Below are positions 1 to 9,750 of a stretch of DNA of 52,616 nt, one piece after another. Every line of letters begins with the position of its first letter. The first letter of the stretch is position 1. A program made the position numbers and the translations under genes. A model generated the notes under the pieces. It made no database searches. It was not told where the DNA came from and saw only the letters and a list, made by a program, of their open reading frames with translations. Source of the stretch: Clostridia bacterium (GTDB taxonomy: Bacteria; Bacillota; Clostridia; Christensenellales; CAG-917); NCBI GenBank assembly GCA_900754695.1, contig CAAEDU010000054.1:1-52616 (forward strand), given 5' to 3'.

Positions 1-118
1 GATTTTGCTTCGGGGTCCCCGCAAAGCGGCGCAGCGCGGAATCCTCGCCGAAAGATTTCTGGCGAGGTTATAGCGAGCACGATTTGTGAGGGAAAGGAAC
101 CGCAGGCTTTGATGCGGG

Positions 119-140
119 CACCTTGCATATGTGCAAGGTG
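119..140. repeat. perfect 9-bp inverted repeat CACCTTGCA-tatg-TGCAAGGTG
   Basis: Read directly from the sequence. It has no flanking U-tract, so it is not a terminator. It lies about 170 nt upstream of the first CDS. Confidence 0.6.
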
Positions 141-207
141 TCGCGAACTTTGCCTTGCGGCGACGCAACGCAGGCAATAGTTTACATATTGTCAAGTTTC
201 GGCTGTT

Positions 208-263
208 CAAAAGCGCCGAAAAGAATTGCTCCGAGGCCGGTTCGTATTATTCCGGTCTGGCAT
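208..263. repeat. copy A of a dispersed intergenic repeat (partner at 5750-5805)
   Basis: An ungapped hand alignment to 5750-5805 gives 45/56 identical positions. The shared core is CAAAAGCGCCGAAAAGrATyGCTCyGAGGC...TTCCGG.C.GGCAT. The artefactual ORFs 123..338 and 5629..5832 translate alike for this reason. Confidence 0.6.
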
Positions 264-310
264 ACACCGCGGGTAGGAATAAACAGCGGCGGGAGGGGAA
301 TGATGAGAGT

Positions 311-1702
311 ATGGAATATGCGATCGCGGGAGGAGTGACGGCACTCTTCCTCATCCTCTACATCCTCACGCGCAAGCGCCCGCGCGAAACATTCACCTCC
401 GCGCTCGACGAGGAGAGTTTCGCTGCGTGCGCGCGTGAGTACGCCGAAGCCCTCGGCATGCCCTCGGACGGCGGCAAAGAACCGAACACGGCGCCCATGA
501 AAAGGGTGGTGCTCCGAGCACTCGCACACTCCGAAGCAAAACATGACGACCCCGAACTCGACCGCCTCTTCCTCATGCTGAACGAGCGCAAAGAGGACTT
601 GAAAAAGCTCGCAAAAGAGGATTTTTCTCTCCTTGGCGACCTGCCTTCGGCAAAGGGAGAGGCGAGGGCTGTCGCCGTCGCGAGAGTGACGCTCGCGCAT
701 TCCCGCTACATCTTCTGCGCGGACAGGACGGAGAGCGCCGTAGGGGCGTTCAACGCCGTCCGCACCCTGACGTTTTCGGAGACGGAGGGGATGCCCGCGG
801 CGTTCCGCTTCGTGCTGCTCGAAAAGCTCGCGTTCCTCTCCGACCGCATCCTGAAACTCGAAAAGTCGGTGAAAGCGGCGCGCCGCACCGCAAAGCACCC
901 AAAAACGGCGGCGTTTTCGCGGATGGCAAAGGCGGCGAGGGGAGTGACCTTCTCCCGCGTCTGCGCAGGGGAGCTCGGCTACGACACCGCAAAATTCGAC
1001 GAGAGATATCTATCCCTTACGGATGAGACGGCGTTTTATCTCGGCAATGTGATCGACGCGGCGGACAACGTCGCCATCTTCGACTTCTCTTGCCTTTACG
1101 CTCCCGCGGAACTGCTTGCGCGCTACGACGCTTACGTCACCGCGCCGCCCGAGACCAGGCGAGCGTTCATGCAAAAGCTCGGGAAGCTCAGCGACAAGGA
1201 GAACTTGGACGAATATGCCTACGCTCTCCGCCTCACCGCTTACGACGGCTACGGCATGCTGCCGCCCCTTCCCGTAAAACGCTTCTCTCTCTTCGGCATG
1301 AACCTTTCCTTTGTGCGGGCGGAGGACGACCTCACGATGCTTGCCCGCGCACTTTCATCCAAGGAGACCATGCAGCTCCTCTTCGGGGGAGAGGGGAAAA
1401 GTATTATCAAAAACGCAAAAATCAAGAGTAGTTTCATGCCCAAAACGAGAGTTGTACTCGCCGATTTCGGGGTGAAGGTGGAAGGGGACGCCCTCTCCGT
1501 CACGCGGTCTCTCCCCGCGGGCATCCTCTCTTCCGAGTGCGTCATACTGCACAAAGGGGTGGAGCACAGGGTGGAGATAAGACGAGGGGAACGCTCCCTT
1601 AATGTCAACGGCACCGAGATGCGCGGGGTGAGTTCCGTCACCCTCGGCGCCACACCCGTCAATGCCGTCTTCACCGTGCCAGACGAAAAGGAAGGACATT
1701 AG
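311..1702 (+). CDS. hypothetical membrane-anchored protein (N-terminal TM helix, about 463 aa)
   Basis: Long ORF 131..1702. I chose the in-frame ATG at 311 because it is followed at once by the hydrophobic AIAGGVTALFLILYIL and preceded by the GGGAGGGG purine tract. I recognise no catalytic motif. Confidence 0.55.
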   Translation: MEYAIAGGVTALFLILYILTRKRPRETFTSALDEESFAACAREYAEALGMPSDGGKEPNTAPMKRVVLRALAHSEAKHDDPELDRLFLMLNERKEDLKKLAKEDFSLLGDLPSAKGEARAVAVARVTLAHSRYIFCADRTESAVGAFNAVRTLTFSETEGMPAAFRFVLLEKLAFLSDRILKLEKSVKAARRTAKHPKTAAFSRMAKAARGVTFSRVCAGELGYDTAKFDERYLSLTDETAFYLGNVIDAADNVAIFDFSCLYAPAELLARYDAYVTAPPETRRAFMQKLGKLSDKENLDEYAYALRLTAYDGYGMLPPLPVKRFSLFGMNLSFVRAEDDLTMLARALSSKETMQLLFGGEGKSIIKNAKIKSSFMPKTRVVLADFGVKVEGDALSVTRSLPAGILSSECVILHKGVEHRVEIRRGERSLNVNGTEMRGVSSVTLGATPVNAVFTVPDEKEGH

Positions 1703-2026
1703 CGCAGGATAAGGGCGGCTGCAAGTAAGGCTAAGACGAAATTCTAAAAAAGATGGAACCTAACATAGAAAAAAGGGAAGTTAACACAGGATAAGCGCAG
1801 CGAAGCAGACCGGGAGCCGACAAAAAGGCAGACATCGGTGCGGATACCGTACTGGAATAAGGCGGCAGAAAGGAGGACGCGAGGCGACAAACGGGTCATG
1901 TCGGCGCACCGCACATATGATGCCGCATTAGCAAAGCTCGCCCGATGCGCATGCTATGCGGAGCCCCGGACTTTACCGATCAAAGCCGAAAATCATCTTT
2001 TTTGCGCGCATACGGCGGGCGTTTTC

Positions 2027-2055
2027 TTTACAATGCGGCGCTATTTTGCTATCAT
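2027..2055 (+). promoter_or_regulatory. sigma-A-like promoter for the ABC operon
   Basis: TTTACA, 17 nt spacer, TATCAT, with TGc immediately upstream giving an extended -10. Confidence 0.45.
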
Positions 2056-2154
2056 TTGCGTAGTGCGGTCGGGAAAGAGCTTCATGCAAAAGGCACGTCC
2101 CACGCGCATATTAACGCAGTTAGCCGCGAAACGGCACGGAGCGTAACGACCCCT

Positions 2155-3018
2155 ATGCTGAACATCCACAGACTGACCAAGACCTATCCCGGCAACCTCC
2201 GCCCCTCGGTGGAGGAGCTCTCCCTCGACATCCGCGAAGGGGAGATCTTCGGCTTCATAGGGCCCAACGGCGCGGGTAAATCCACCACGATAAAGTGCAT
2301 CACCGGCATCGTCGGCTTCGAGAGCGGTTCCGTGACCGTTTGCGGAGTCAATCTCAAAGACGATCCGCTCGCCGCCAAGCGGCTCATCGGCTACGTCTCG
2401 GACGATCACATCCTCTATGAAGGGCTGACGGGAACGGAATTCCTCGATTTCATCTGCGATGTCTTTGCAGTCCCGCCCGCAGAACGCAAGGCGAGGATGG
2501 AGAAGTATCTCGCCCTCTTTTCCCTCGAAGACGCCGTCAACAAGCAGATCAAGTCCTATTCGCACGGGATGAAGCAGAAGCTCAACATCATCGGCGCGCT
2601 CATCCACGAGCCCAGGGTGTGGATCCTGGACGAGCCCATGACGGGGCTGGACCCCAAGTCCTCCTACAACCTCAAAAAGCTGATGCGGGAACACGCGGAC
2701 AAGGGCAACTGCGTCTTTTTCAGCTCCCACGTGCTCGATGTCGTGGAGAAAGTATGCGACCGCGTGGGCATCATCGACGGAGGCAAACTGCTTGCGGACA
2801 GCACCATAAGCGACCTGCGCACCACGGGGCTCAACGAGTCCCTCGAAGAGCTCTTCCTGAAACTCACCGACGATGAGGAGCACGCGGCGGCAGAACGGGA
2901 AAATGCCGGCGACGGGGAGCACTCGGCTGCCGGCAGGGATGATACCGACGACGTGGCGCAGAGCGTCGCAAACGGCTCCGTAAACGCCGCAAAAGGGGAG
3001 GGGAAAGGCGCGGAATGA
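2155..3018 (+). CDS. ABC transporter ATP-binding protein with acidic low-complexity C-terminal tail
   Basis: Walker A GPNGAGKST, signature-like YSHGMKQK, Walker B VWILDEPMTGLD, H-loop SSHVL. The start is set at MLNIHRLTKTY, the usual N-terminus for this family. Confidence 0.9.
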   Translation: MLNIHRLTKTYPGNLRPSVEELSLDIREGEIFGFIGPNGAGKSTTIKCITGIVGFESGSVTVCGVNLKDDPLAAKRLIGYVSDDHILYEGLTGTEFLDFICDVFAVPPAERKARMEKYLALFSLEDAVNKQIKSYSHGMKQKLNIIGALIHEPRVWILDEPMTGLDPKSSYNLKKLMREHADKGNCVFFSSHVLDVVEKVCDRVGIIDGGKLLADSTISDLRTTGLNESLEELFLKLTDDEEHAAAERENAGDGEHSAAGRDDTDDVAQSVANGSVNAAKGEGKGAE

Positions 3019-4742
3019 AAGATTTCATTTTGGTGTTCCGCGTGCTTTACCGCAACCGCAGCGCGGTGGCTAAGGAGAGCAACGGCGGCAAACGCAAACT
3101 GACCTCGCAGACGGTCATGATGCTCTCGCTGCTGCCGATGGTGGCGGTCATATGCGTGATGTTGGGCTTTGTCGCGGCGGAGCTCACTACGCGCTATTCC
3201 GCGATGACTCTCCTCAACGCCATCCTTTCCGCGGTGCAGCTCTTCATCCTCTTCATGACACTTCCCACGGTGCTCGGCACTCTCTATTCCTCGGAGGACG
3301 CGGCATTCCTTGCCGCGCTGCCGCTGAGACCCGTCTCCGTGTTTTTCGCAAAACTCCTGGTGGTGTACATCACGACGCTGAAGATCGCGGCGGTGCTGCT
3401 CATCCCGTCCATGCTGACGGTGTCGGTGACTTATTCCGCATTCGGCAACCCGATGTTCTACGGGTTTTTCCCGCTCATCGCGGTGATAGTGCTCGCGGCG
3501 CCACTTCTGCCTCTCTTCATCGTGGTGTTATTCTCCATGCCCGTGGTGTGGATAGGCTCCCGTCTGAAGGGCAGAGCGGTCATAAAGACGGTGCTCTCGC
3601 TCGTCTTTTACATCTTGCTGATGGCGGCATATATGGTGCTGGTATTCTTCATCAACACGGAGGGCTTCGGACAGAACGGGACGGTGGTCTCGGACACCGC
3701 TCTCGAAGGGCTGAGACTGCTCTCCGATGTGATGTATCCCAACTCCGTGCTCATCTCGATGTGCCTCGGGATGGACGCGGCGGTGAACTTCGGCATAGGG
3801 CTCGCGATATGGTCGGGCATCACGGCTCTCACGGTGCTTTTCGCGCTGCTGTTCTACAAAAAGATCTCCTCGAGCCGCGCGGAATCCCCCGCGGAAGAGA
3901 GCTCTCCGCGCAGGCAAAGGAAGCCGCTCGGGATGACCGCAGCCCTCATAAAAAAGGATCTCCTCTCCGTCATGCGCGATCCGTCCGCGGCGATGGGGAT
4001 GTTCTCCAACGTCGTGCTGGCGCCCATAGTCATGGCGGTGATGTTCTTCTTCATGCAGGGTGACGGTGACAGGACTATGAGCGAATTCGCCGGCGATATG
4101 ATGATGCGTGGGATTGTGCTCCTTTACCCCATCGTCTTCCTCTCCGGCACGAACATGGTGGCGATGACGGCATATTCGAGGGAGGGAGAGTCCTTCTTCA
4201 TCTCCAAATTCCTGCCCATCCCGCCCAAGACCTCGGTGAGGGCGAAACTGCTTTTCTCCCTCATGGTCGCGGGAGCGGCGCTCGCGGTCATCTTCGTCCT
4301 CGCGGCGACGCTTTACGGGATAGACATCGGCTCCGCGGTCGCGATCGTGGTCGTCTCTCTGCTGTTCATAACGGGGACGAGCGCGCTGCACATCTATTTC
4401 GACATCAAAAAGGGCAACGTGCATTGGAAGGCGCAGGCGGATATGAGAGCCGGAGCGGGCGGCGGCATCGCCGCGCTCATACCCATGATGATGAGCATAG
4501 TCCCGGCGGTCGGGTTCGTCATCGCGGGAGTCTTCATGGCGGGGCTCGAGGACTCTCTCGGCCGCAGCGGCGTACTTGCCGTCTACTGGTGTCTCATCCT
4601 CGCAGTGGCGGCTGCCGTGGCGGTGAGCGGGCTGTATATCCTCCGCGAGAAGGGCATCCCGCTGTATGATAAGATAGGGGAGAACAGGGCAGTCTCCCGC
4701 CAAAGACCGCTCAATACGGACAAAAACGGATTTTTGAGATAA
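3015..4742 (+). CDS. polytopic membrane protein, putative ABC exporter permease
   Basis: 575 aa with many hydrophobic segments. Its ATG overlaps the ATPase stop codon (ATGA), consistent with translational coupling. Confidence 0.7.
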   Translation: MKDFILVFRVLYRNRSAVAKESNGGKRKLTSQTVMMLSLLPMVAVICVMLGFVAAELTTRYSAMTLLNAILSAVQLFILFMTLPTVLGTLYSSEDAAFLAALPLRPVSVFFAKLLVVYITTLKIAAVLLIPSMLTVSVTYSAFGNPMFYGFFPLIAVIVLAAPLLPLFIVVLFSMPVVWIGSRLKGRAVIKTVLSLVFYILLMAAYMVLVFFINTEGFGQNGTVVSDTALEGLRLLSDVMYPNSVLISMCLGMDAAVNFGIGLAIWSGITALTVLFALLFYKKISSSRAESPAEESSPRRQRKPLGMTAALIKKDLLSVMRDPSAAMGMFSNVVLAPIVMAVMFFFMQGDGDRTMSEFAGDMMMRGIVLLYPIVFLSGTNMVAMTAYSREGESFFISKFLPIPPKTSVRAKLLFSLMVAGAALAVIFVLAATLYGIDIGSAVAIVVVSLLFITGTSALHIYFDIKKGNVHWKAQADMRAGAGGGIAALIPMMMSIVPAVGFVIAGVFMAGLEDSLGRSGVLAVYWCLILAVAAAVAVSGLYILREKGIPLYDKIGENRAVSRQRPLNTDKNGFLR

Positions 4743-4809
4743 ACGCGGACGAGACGGCGCAACACGCTCCTGTGCCGTGCCGCACCGAACGCACCTTCAA
4801 GGAGGTCTT

Positions 4810-5241
4810 ATGCAGAAAAGAAAGATCGGGCTCGACGTCGGCGATGTGAGGATAGGCGTCGCGGTGAGCGACCTCATGGGCATCTGCGCCAATCCCCGCG
4901 AAACGTACGTCCGCAAAAAGGACGACTTCGACGCGGACATCGCTTATTTCACCGAATACGCAAAGCGGGAGGACGCGGACGCTTTCGTCGTGGGTCTCCC
5001 GATGAACATGGACGGCACGGAGGGTCACCGTGCGGAGCTCACGCGCGCTTTCGGCGAGGCGCTTCACGAGAAGAGCGGGATCGAAGTCGTCTATATGGAT
5101 GAGAGGCTGACCACAGTCTCCGCGGAACGGATGCTCATCGGCGCGGACGTCAGGCGGGAAAAGCGCAAAAAGGTCATAGACAAGGTCGCCGCGACGATAA
5201 TTTTGCAATCCTACCTTGACGGCGGCGGCAGGAGAGGTTAA
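4810..5241 (+). CDS. ruvX: Holliday junction resolvase-like protein RuvX/YqgF
   Basis: MQKRKIGLDVGDVRIGVAVSD and GLPMNMDGTEG are typical YqgF motifs. An AGGAGG lies 5 nt upstream of the ATG at 4810. Confidence 0.85.
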   Translation: MQKRKIGLDVGDVRIGVAVSDLMGICANPRETYVRKKDDFDADIAYFTEYAKREDADAFVVGLPMNMDGTEGHRAELTRAFGEALHEKSGIEVVYMDERLTTVSAERMLIGADVRREKRKKVIDKVAATIILQSYLDGGGRRG

Positions 5242-5285
5242 AATCAAATCACGAAACGAGGGCGCAAGCCCGAAAAGGAGCAGTC

Positions 5286-5603
5286 ATGGCAGACTTTTTT
5301 GAAGACCAGAACAATATGGACGAAGACGACGACATCATAACCCTCTACAACGAGGAACGCGACGTCGACGAAGACTTTTATCACCTCGCCACGCTGGATG
5401 TCGACGACAAGTGGTTCGTCGTGCTCAAACCCGTGGAAAAACTCCCCGACATCGAAGAGGACGAAGTGCTCATCTACGAGGTGCAAGAAGGCGACGACGG
5501 CGACATTTTCGTTGCCATCGAGGACGAAGATCTTCTGCAAAAGGTGTTCGACGAGTTCATGAAGGAAATGGAAGCTCTCGACGACGAAACGGAAGAGAAC
5601 TGA
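5286..5603 (+). CDS. DUF1292 (YrzB-like) acidic small protein
   Basis: Very acidic 105 aa protein with the pattern ITLYNEE...EDFYHLATLDVDDKWFVVLKP. It sits in the usual position after ruvX. Confidence 0.8.
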   Translation: MADFFEDQNNMDEDDDIITLYNEERDVDEDFYHLATLDVDDKWFVVLKPVEKLPDIEEDEVLIYEVQEGDDGDIFVAIEDEDLLQKVFDEFMKEMEALDDETEEN

Positions 5604-5619
5604 CCCCGCACAAGACAGG

Positions 5620-5647
5620 CGCGCCCCTTTGGGGCGCGTTTTATTTT
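5620..5647 (+). terminator. intrinsic terminator
   Basis: CGCGCCCC-ttt-GGGGCGCG followed by TTTTATTTT. Confidence 0.8.
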
Positions 5648-5749
5648 GCGCCGATAGCGGCAATGGCGCTATCATCCGAAAACAGGTCGGCGCGGAACAT
5701 AGTCCGTATTGTCCGGATCCGGCACAGATACCGGCAAATCACGGTCGAG

Positions 5750-5805
5750 CAAAAGCGCCGAAAAGGATCGCTCTGAGGCATGTCCGCATCCTTCCGGCCC
5801 GGCAT
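5750..5805. repeat. copy B of the dispersed intergenic repeat (partner at 208-263)
   Basis: See copy A. This copy lies between the DUF1292 terminator and the rpsB promoter. Confidence 0.6.
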
Positions 5806-5861
5806 CTCCGCGCACCCCGCACAAAATTTTGAAAAGGGGGGCGGAATTTCATTCCAAAGGC

Positions 5862-5890
5862 TTGCAAAAAAAATCTTTATATAATATAAT
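5862..5890 (+). promoter_or_regulatory. sigma-A-like promoter of rpsB
   Basis: TTGCAA, 17 nt spacer, TATAAT. This leaves a GC-rich leader of about 90 nt before the rpsB ATG. Confidence 0.6.
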
Positions 5891-5988
5891 CCCAAATGCA
5901 CCGCACACCCCGGCGGAGCGGCGGTCGTTCCGCAAGGTAGCCGCAGCGACGATGTCGGGGGAGGTAAAAACAAAAAAGGAGGACTGAT

Positions 5989-6849
5989 ATGGCAGTCACA
6001 ACAATGAAAGCCCTGCTGGAAGCAGGCGTGCATTTCGGTCACCAGACTAAGCGCTGGAACCCCAAGATGGCAAAGTACATCTACGCGACGAGGAACGATA
6101 TTCACATCATCGACCTCCAGATCTCCGTCGACCATGTCGAAGCGGCGTACCAGTTCGTCAAGAACATCTCCGCGGAAGGGAAGTCCGTGCTCTTCGTCGG
6201 CACCAAGAAGCAGGCTCAGGAGGCGATCAAAGCCGAAGCCGAGCGCTGCGACATGTACTACATCAATCAGAGATGGCTGGGCGGCACTCTCACCAACTTC
6301 AAGACCATCCGCACCCGCATCGACAGACTGAACAAGATCAACCAGATGGAGCTCATCGGTGAGTTCGAGCTGCTCCCCAAGAAGGAAGTGCTCAAACTCA
6401 AAGCCGAGCGCGACAAGCTGGAGCAGAACCTGGGCGGCATCAAGAATATGCGCAGCCTCCCCGGATGCCTCTTCGTCGTCGACCTCAAGCGTGAGGAAAA
6501 CGCGGTGAGAGAAGCGCGCAAACTCAACATCCCCATCGTCGCCGTCGTGGACACCAACTGCGATCCCGACCTCGTCGATTACGTCATTCCCGGCAACGAT
6601 GACGCCATCCGCGCCATCCAGCTCTTCGCCTCCATCATCGCGGACGCGGTGATCGAAGGTCGTCAGGGCGAGTCCTTCGGCGGCATGAAGGAAGCCGCTC
6701 CCGCTGCGGAAGCAGAGGCTGTCCAAGCGGAAGAAGTGAAGGAAGAGGAGCCCGCAGCGGCTGCCGAGCCCGTCGTCGAGGAGAAGGCGCTCACCCCCGA
6801 GGAAGCCCTCGAGAGAGCCATCGCCGAGAAAGAGAAAGAGGAAGCGTAA
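5989..6849 (+). CDS. rpsB: 30S ribosomal protein S2
   Basis: [27 protein letters not shown], plus an E/A-rich C-terminal tail. Confidence 0.97.
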   Translation: MAVTTMKALLEAGVHFGHQTKRWNPKMAKYIYATRNDIHIIDLQISVDHVEAAYQFVKNISAEGKSVLFVGTKKQAQEAIKAEAERCDMYYINQRWLGGTLTNFKTIRTRIDRLNKINQMELIGEFELLPKKEVLKLKAERDKLEQNLGGIKNMRSLPGCLFVVDLKREENAVREARKLNIPIVAVVDTNCDPDLVDYVIPGNDDAIRAIQLFASIIADAVIEGRQGESFGGMKEAAPAAEAEAVQAEEVKEEEPAAAAEPVVEEKALTPEEALERAIAEKEKEEA

Positions 6850-6857
6850 TGTGTTGC

Positions 6858-6880
6858 GGCGTGCGCCTCATGCGCACGCC
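6858..6880 (+). promoter_or_regulatory. GC-rich hairpin between rpsB and tsf (possible attenuator)
   Basis: GGCGTGCGC-ctcat-GCGCACGCC. The downstream ACTTTCAAAA is only a weak U-tract. Confidence 0.4.
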
Positions 6881-6916
6881 ACTTTCAAAACGAACGGAAT
6901 TTTCAGGAGATAAATT

Positions 6917-7579
6917 ATGGCATTTACCAGCAAAGACGTTATGGAACTCCGTCAGCGCACCGGCGTTGGCATGATGGACTGCAAGAAGGCGCTCGTCGAG
7001 ACGGACGGCGACATGGAGAAAGCGATCGACTATCTCCGCGAGAAAGGCATTGCCTCCGCCGCGAAGAAGCAGGGCAGGATCGCCTCCCAGGGCATCGTGG
7101 ACAGCTACATCCACATGAATGGCAAGATCGGCGTGCTGCTCGAAGTCAACTGCGAGACCGACTTTGTCGCGATGAGCCCCGTCTTTAAGGAGCTCGTGCA
7201 CAACATCGCGATGCACATCGCCGCTGCCGCTCCCACCTACGTCACCAAAGAAGAAGTCCCCGCCGCCGAGCTCGAGAAGGAGAGAGAGATCCTCATCGCC
7301 CAGGCGAAGAACGAGCCCAATCCCAAACCCGACGCCATCATCCACAAAATGGTGGACGGCAGGATCCAGAAATACTACAAGGACGTCTGCCTCATGGAGC
7401 AGGTGTACGTCCGCGACTCCTCCAAGACCATCAGCCAGCTCGTGACCGAAGCCATCGCCTCCATCGGCGAGAAGATCACGGTGAGACGCTTCGTGCGTTA
7501 TCAGATGGGCGAAGGACTGCAGAAGCGCGAGGACAACTTCGCAGAAGAAGTCATGGCGCAGGCGGGCCTCAACAAGTAA
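6917..7579 (+). CDS. tsf: elongation factor Ts
   Basis: [19 protein letters not shown] and the [10 protein letters not shown] motif. Confidence 0.95.
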   Translation: MAFTSKDVMELRQRTGVGMMDCKKALVETDGDMEKAIDYLREKGIASAAKKQGRIASQGIVDSYIHMNGKIGVLLEVNCETDFVAMSPVFKELVHNIAMHIAAAAPTYVTKEEVPAAELEKEREILIAQAKNEPNPKPDAIIHKMVDGRIQKYYKDVCLMEQVYVRDSSKTISQLVTEAIASIGEKITVRRFVRYQMGEGLQKREDNFAEEVMAQAGLNK

Positions 7580-7586
7580 GACCGAA

Positions 7587-7613
7587 AAGGGACGCGCAAG
7601 CGTTCCTTTTTTT
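7587..7613 (+). terminator. intrinsic terminator after tsf
   Basis: AAGGGACGC-gcaa-GCGTTCCTT followed by TTTTT. Confidence 0.7.
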
Positions 7614-7640
7614 CCCGCCCGGAGGCGGAAAGGGTGTTTT

Positions 7641-8354
7641 ATGGCACAACTCAAATTCAAAAGAGTCATCATCAAGATCTCGGGCGAAGCGCTCGCCTGC
7701 GAGAACGGAGCGGGCATCGACCACAACAAGCTCGCCAAAGTCTCCGAGCAGATCGTGGAAGTGAAGAACATGGGCGCGCAGGTGGGCGTGGTCATCGGCG
7801 GCGGCAACTTCTGGAGAGGTAGACAAGCCGACGAGGAGATGAACCGCAGCACCGCCGACCACATGGGCATGCTCGCGACCATCATCAACGCGCTCGCGTT
7901 GCAGGACTGCATCGAAAGAAAAGGCGCGGAGGTGAGAGTGCAGACGGCGCTCACCATCACCAAGGTCGCGGAGCCGTATATCCTGCGAAAGGCGTTGCGC
8001 CACCTCGAAAAGGGGAGGATCGTCATCTTCGCGTGCGGCACCGGCAACCCCTATTTCTCCACGGATACGGGCGCGGCGCTGAGAGCTGCGGAGATAGGCG
8101 CGGACGCGCTGTTGCTCGCAAAGAACGTGGACGGCGTCTACGACAGCGACCCCAAGCTGAACCCCGACGCGGTGAAGTTCGATTCGCTCACCTACATGCA
8201 GGTCATTTCAAAAGGGCTGAAAGCCATGGACACCACCGCCATCACGATGTGCATGGACAACTCCATCCCCATCATCGCGTTCAGCCTCAACGAAGAGGGA
8301 AGCATCAAGCGCGCCATCACGGGGGAGAAGATCGGCACCTACATCGGCAAGTGA
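7641..8354 (+). CDS. pyrH: UMP kinase
   Basis: KRVIIKISGEAL and GGGNFWRG motifs. Confidence 0.95.
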   Translation: MAQLKFKRVIIKISGEALACENGAGIDHNKLAKVSEQIVEVKNMGAQVGVVIGGGNFWRGRQADEEMNRSTADHMGMLATIINALALQDCIERKGAEVRVQTALTITKVAEPYILRKALRHLEKGRIVIFACGTGNPYFSTDTGAALRAAEIGADALLLAKNVDGVYDSDPKLNPDAVKFDSLTYMQVISKGLKAMDTTAITMCMDNSIPIIAFSLNEEGSIKRAITGEKIGTYIGK

Positions 8355-8419
8355 GTTTGACGAGCGCTTTGCGCTCCGCGGAACTCAAACCGTGTCGAAA
8401 TGACATGAAAATGACTTTT

Positions 8420-8452
8420 GAACGCACCTTTGAGGTGCGTTCATTCATTTTT
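8420..8452 (+). terminator. intrinsic terminator after pyrH
   Basis: GAACGCACC-tttga-GGTGCGTTC followed by ATTCATTTTT. Confidence 0.75.
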
Positions 8453-8456
8453 CGTC

Positions 8457-8485
8457 TTGCTTTATGCGCGCGCATTTGGTATAAT
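8457..8485 (+). promoter_or_regulatory. sigma-A-like promoter of frr
   Basis: TTGCTT, 17 nt spacer, TATAAT, with TGg immediately upstream. Confidence 0.6.
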
Positions 8486-8512
8486 CATAAAAAAAGTGTC
8501 AGGAGGCATTTT

Positions 8513-9088
8513 ATGGCATACGGGATCGATTCCGTCGACCTCATCTTCGAGGAGATGAAGGAGAAATTCACCAAGACGGTGCACAACTTCTCCACCGAAA
8601 TGAAGAGCATGCGCGCGGGCCGCGCCAACCCCCACATCCTTGACAAAGTCATGGTGGACTACTACGGCACCCCCACGCCCATCAATAATATGGCGAACAT
8701 CACCGTCCCCGAGGCGAGGCTCCTCGTCATCTCCGTGTGGGACAAGAGCGCGCTCAAAAACGTGGAAAAAGCCATCCTCGCCGCCAACATCGGCATCACC
8801 CCCAACAACGACGGCAACGTCATCCGCCTCATCTTCCCCGAGCTCACAGAGGAGCGCAGAAAAGCCCTCGTCAAGGAGCTCAAGACCAATGCGGAGAACA
8901 CCAAAGTCGTCCTGAGGAACGCTCGCCGCGACGCCATCGACGCGCTCAAAAAGCTGGAGAAGGACTCCGAGATCACGGAAGACGACCTCAAGGACTTCAC
9001 CGCCGACGTGGACAAAGCCCTCTCCTCCGAGATAGAGGACGTGGACAAGCTCACCAAGGACAAGGAGCAGGAGATCCTCGCCGTCTGA
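8513..9088 (+). CDS. frr: ribosome recycling factor
   Basis: An internal ATG preceded by AGGAGG. Motifs MKSMRAGRANPHILDKVMVDYYG and LTEERRK. Confidence 0.95.
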   Translation: MAYGIDSVDLIFEEMKEKFTKTVHNFSTEMKSMRAGRANPHILDKVMVDYYGTPTPINNMANITVPEARLLVISVWDKSALKNVEKAILAANIGITPNNDGNVIRLIFPELTEERRKALVKELKTNAENTKVVLRNARRDAIDALKKLEKDSEITEDDLKDFTADVDKALSSEIEDVDKLTKDKEQEILAV

Positions 9089-9741
9089 TGACGCCCCGCC
9101 ATGTCGCCTACATCATGGACGGCAACGGCAGGTGGGCGGAAAAGCGCTCGCTTCCGCGCACGGCGGGGTATGCCGAGGGGCTGAAAGCCATGCTCCGGGT
9201 GCTTCGCCGCACGGAGGAACTCGGTGCCGACACAGCCACCGTCTACGCCTTTTCAGCGGAGAACTTCGCGCGTCCCGCGGAGGAGACCGCCGCCATCCTC
9301 GATGTCGTAAGGCGCTGGAACGACGATTACGCGGGGGAGTGGAGAGTGAGCTATATCGGCGATCTCTCCCGCTTTCCCGCACCTTTATGCGAGAGCATTG
9401 AGCGGGTGACGGAACGCACGGCGGCAAACCGCGGTCTGCATCTCGTCATCGCGCTCGGCTACGGCGGCAGAGAGGATATAGTCAATGCGGCGCGCGTCGC
9501 CGCGAAACAGGGGAAGATCGACAAAGAACACTTCGAGGAGGCTCTCTCCTCCCACGGGCTGCCCCCGCTCGACCTCATCGTGAGGAGCGGCGGAGAGCGG
9601 AGACTTTCGGGTTTCATGCTCTATGAGGCGGCTTATGCCGAGCTTCTCTTCCTCGACAAACTCTGGCCTGATATGACGGCGGAGGATGTCGATGCCGCGT
9701 TCGGCGATTTCGCCGCGCGCACGCGCAAATTCGGCGCATAA
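9088..9741 (+). CDS. uppS: undecaprenyl diphosphate synthase
   Basis: HVAYIMDGNGRWA, AFSAENFARP and RSGGERRLSGF. The start overlaps the frr stop (TGATG). Confidence 0.9.
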   Translation: MTPRHVAYIMDGNGRWAEKRSLPRTAGYAEGLKAMLRVLRRTEELGADTATVYAFSAENFARPAEETAAILDVVRRWNDDYAGEWRVSYIGDLSRFPAPLCESIERVTERTAANRGLHLVIALGYGGREDIVNAARVAAKQGKIDKEHFEEALSSHGLPPLDLIVRSGGERRLSGFMLYEAAYAELLFLDKLWPDMTAEDVDAAFGDFAARTRKFGA

Positions 9742-9750
9742 CGTTCGCTT

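Noticed and set aside
131-310. The 60-aa N-terminal extension of the first CDS, and similar upstream extensions of the ABC ATPase, ruvX, frr, uppS, nrnA, mutS, miaB, thiI, pheS, spoVAC, spoVAD and XRE ORFs.
   Set aside because: The extensions are R/G/P-rich and overlap upstream genes or promoters. Conserved family N-termini begin at internal ATG or GTG codons with good RBSs or ATGA/TGATG coupling overlaps.
1700-1900. A purine-rich stretch with a repeated CAGGATAAG motif after the first CDS.
   Set aside because: There are only two short copies, with no pairing partner, promoter or terminator context. It is most likely plain spacer sequence.
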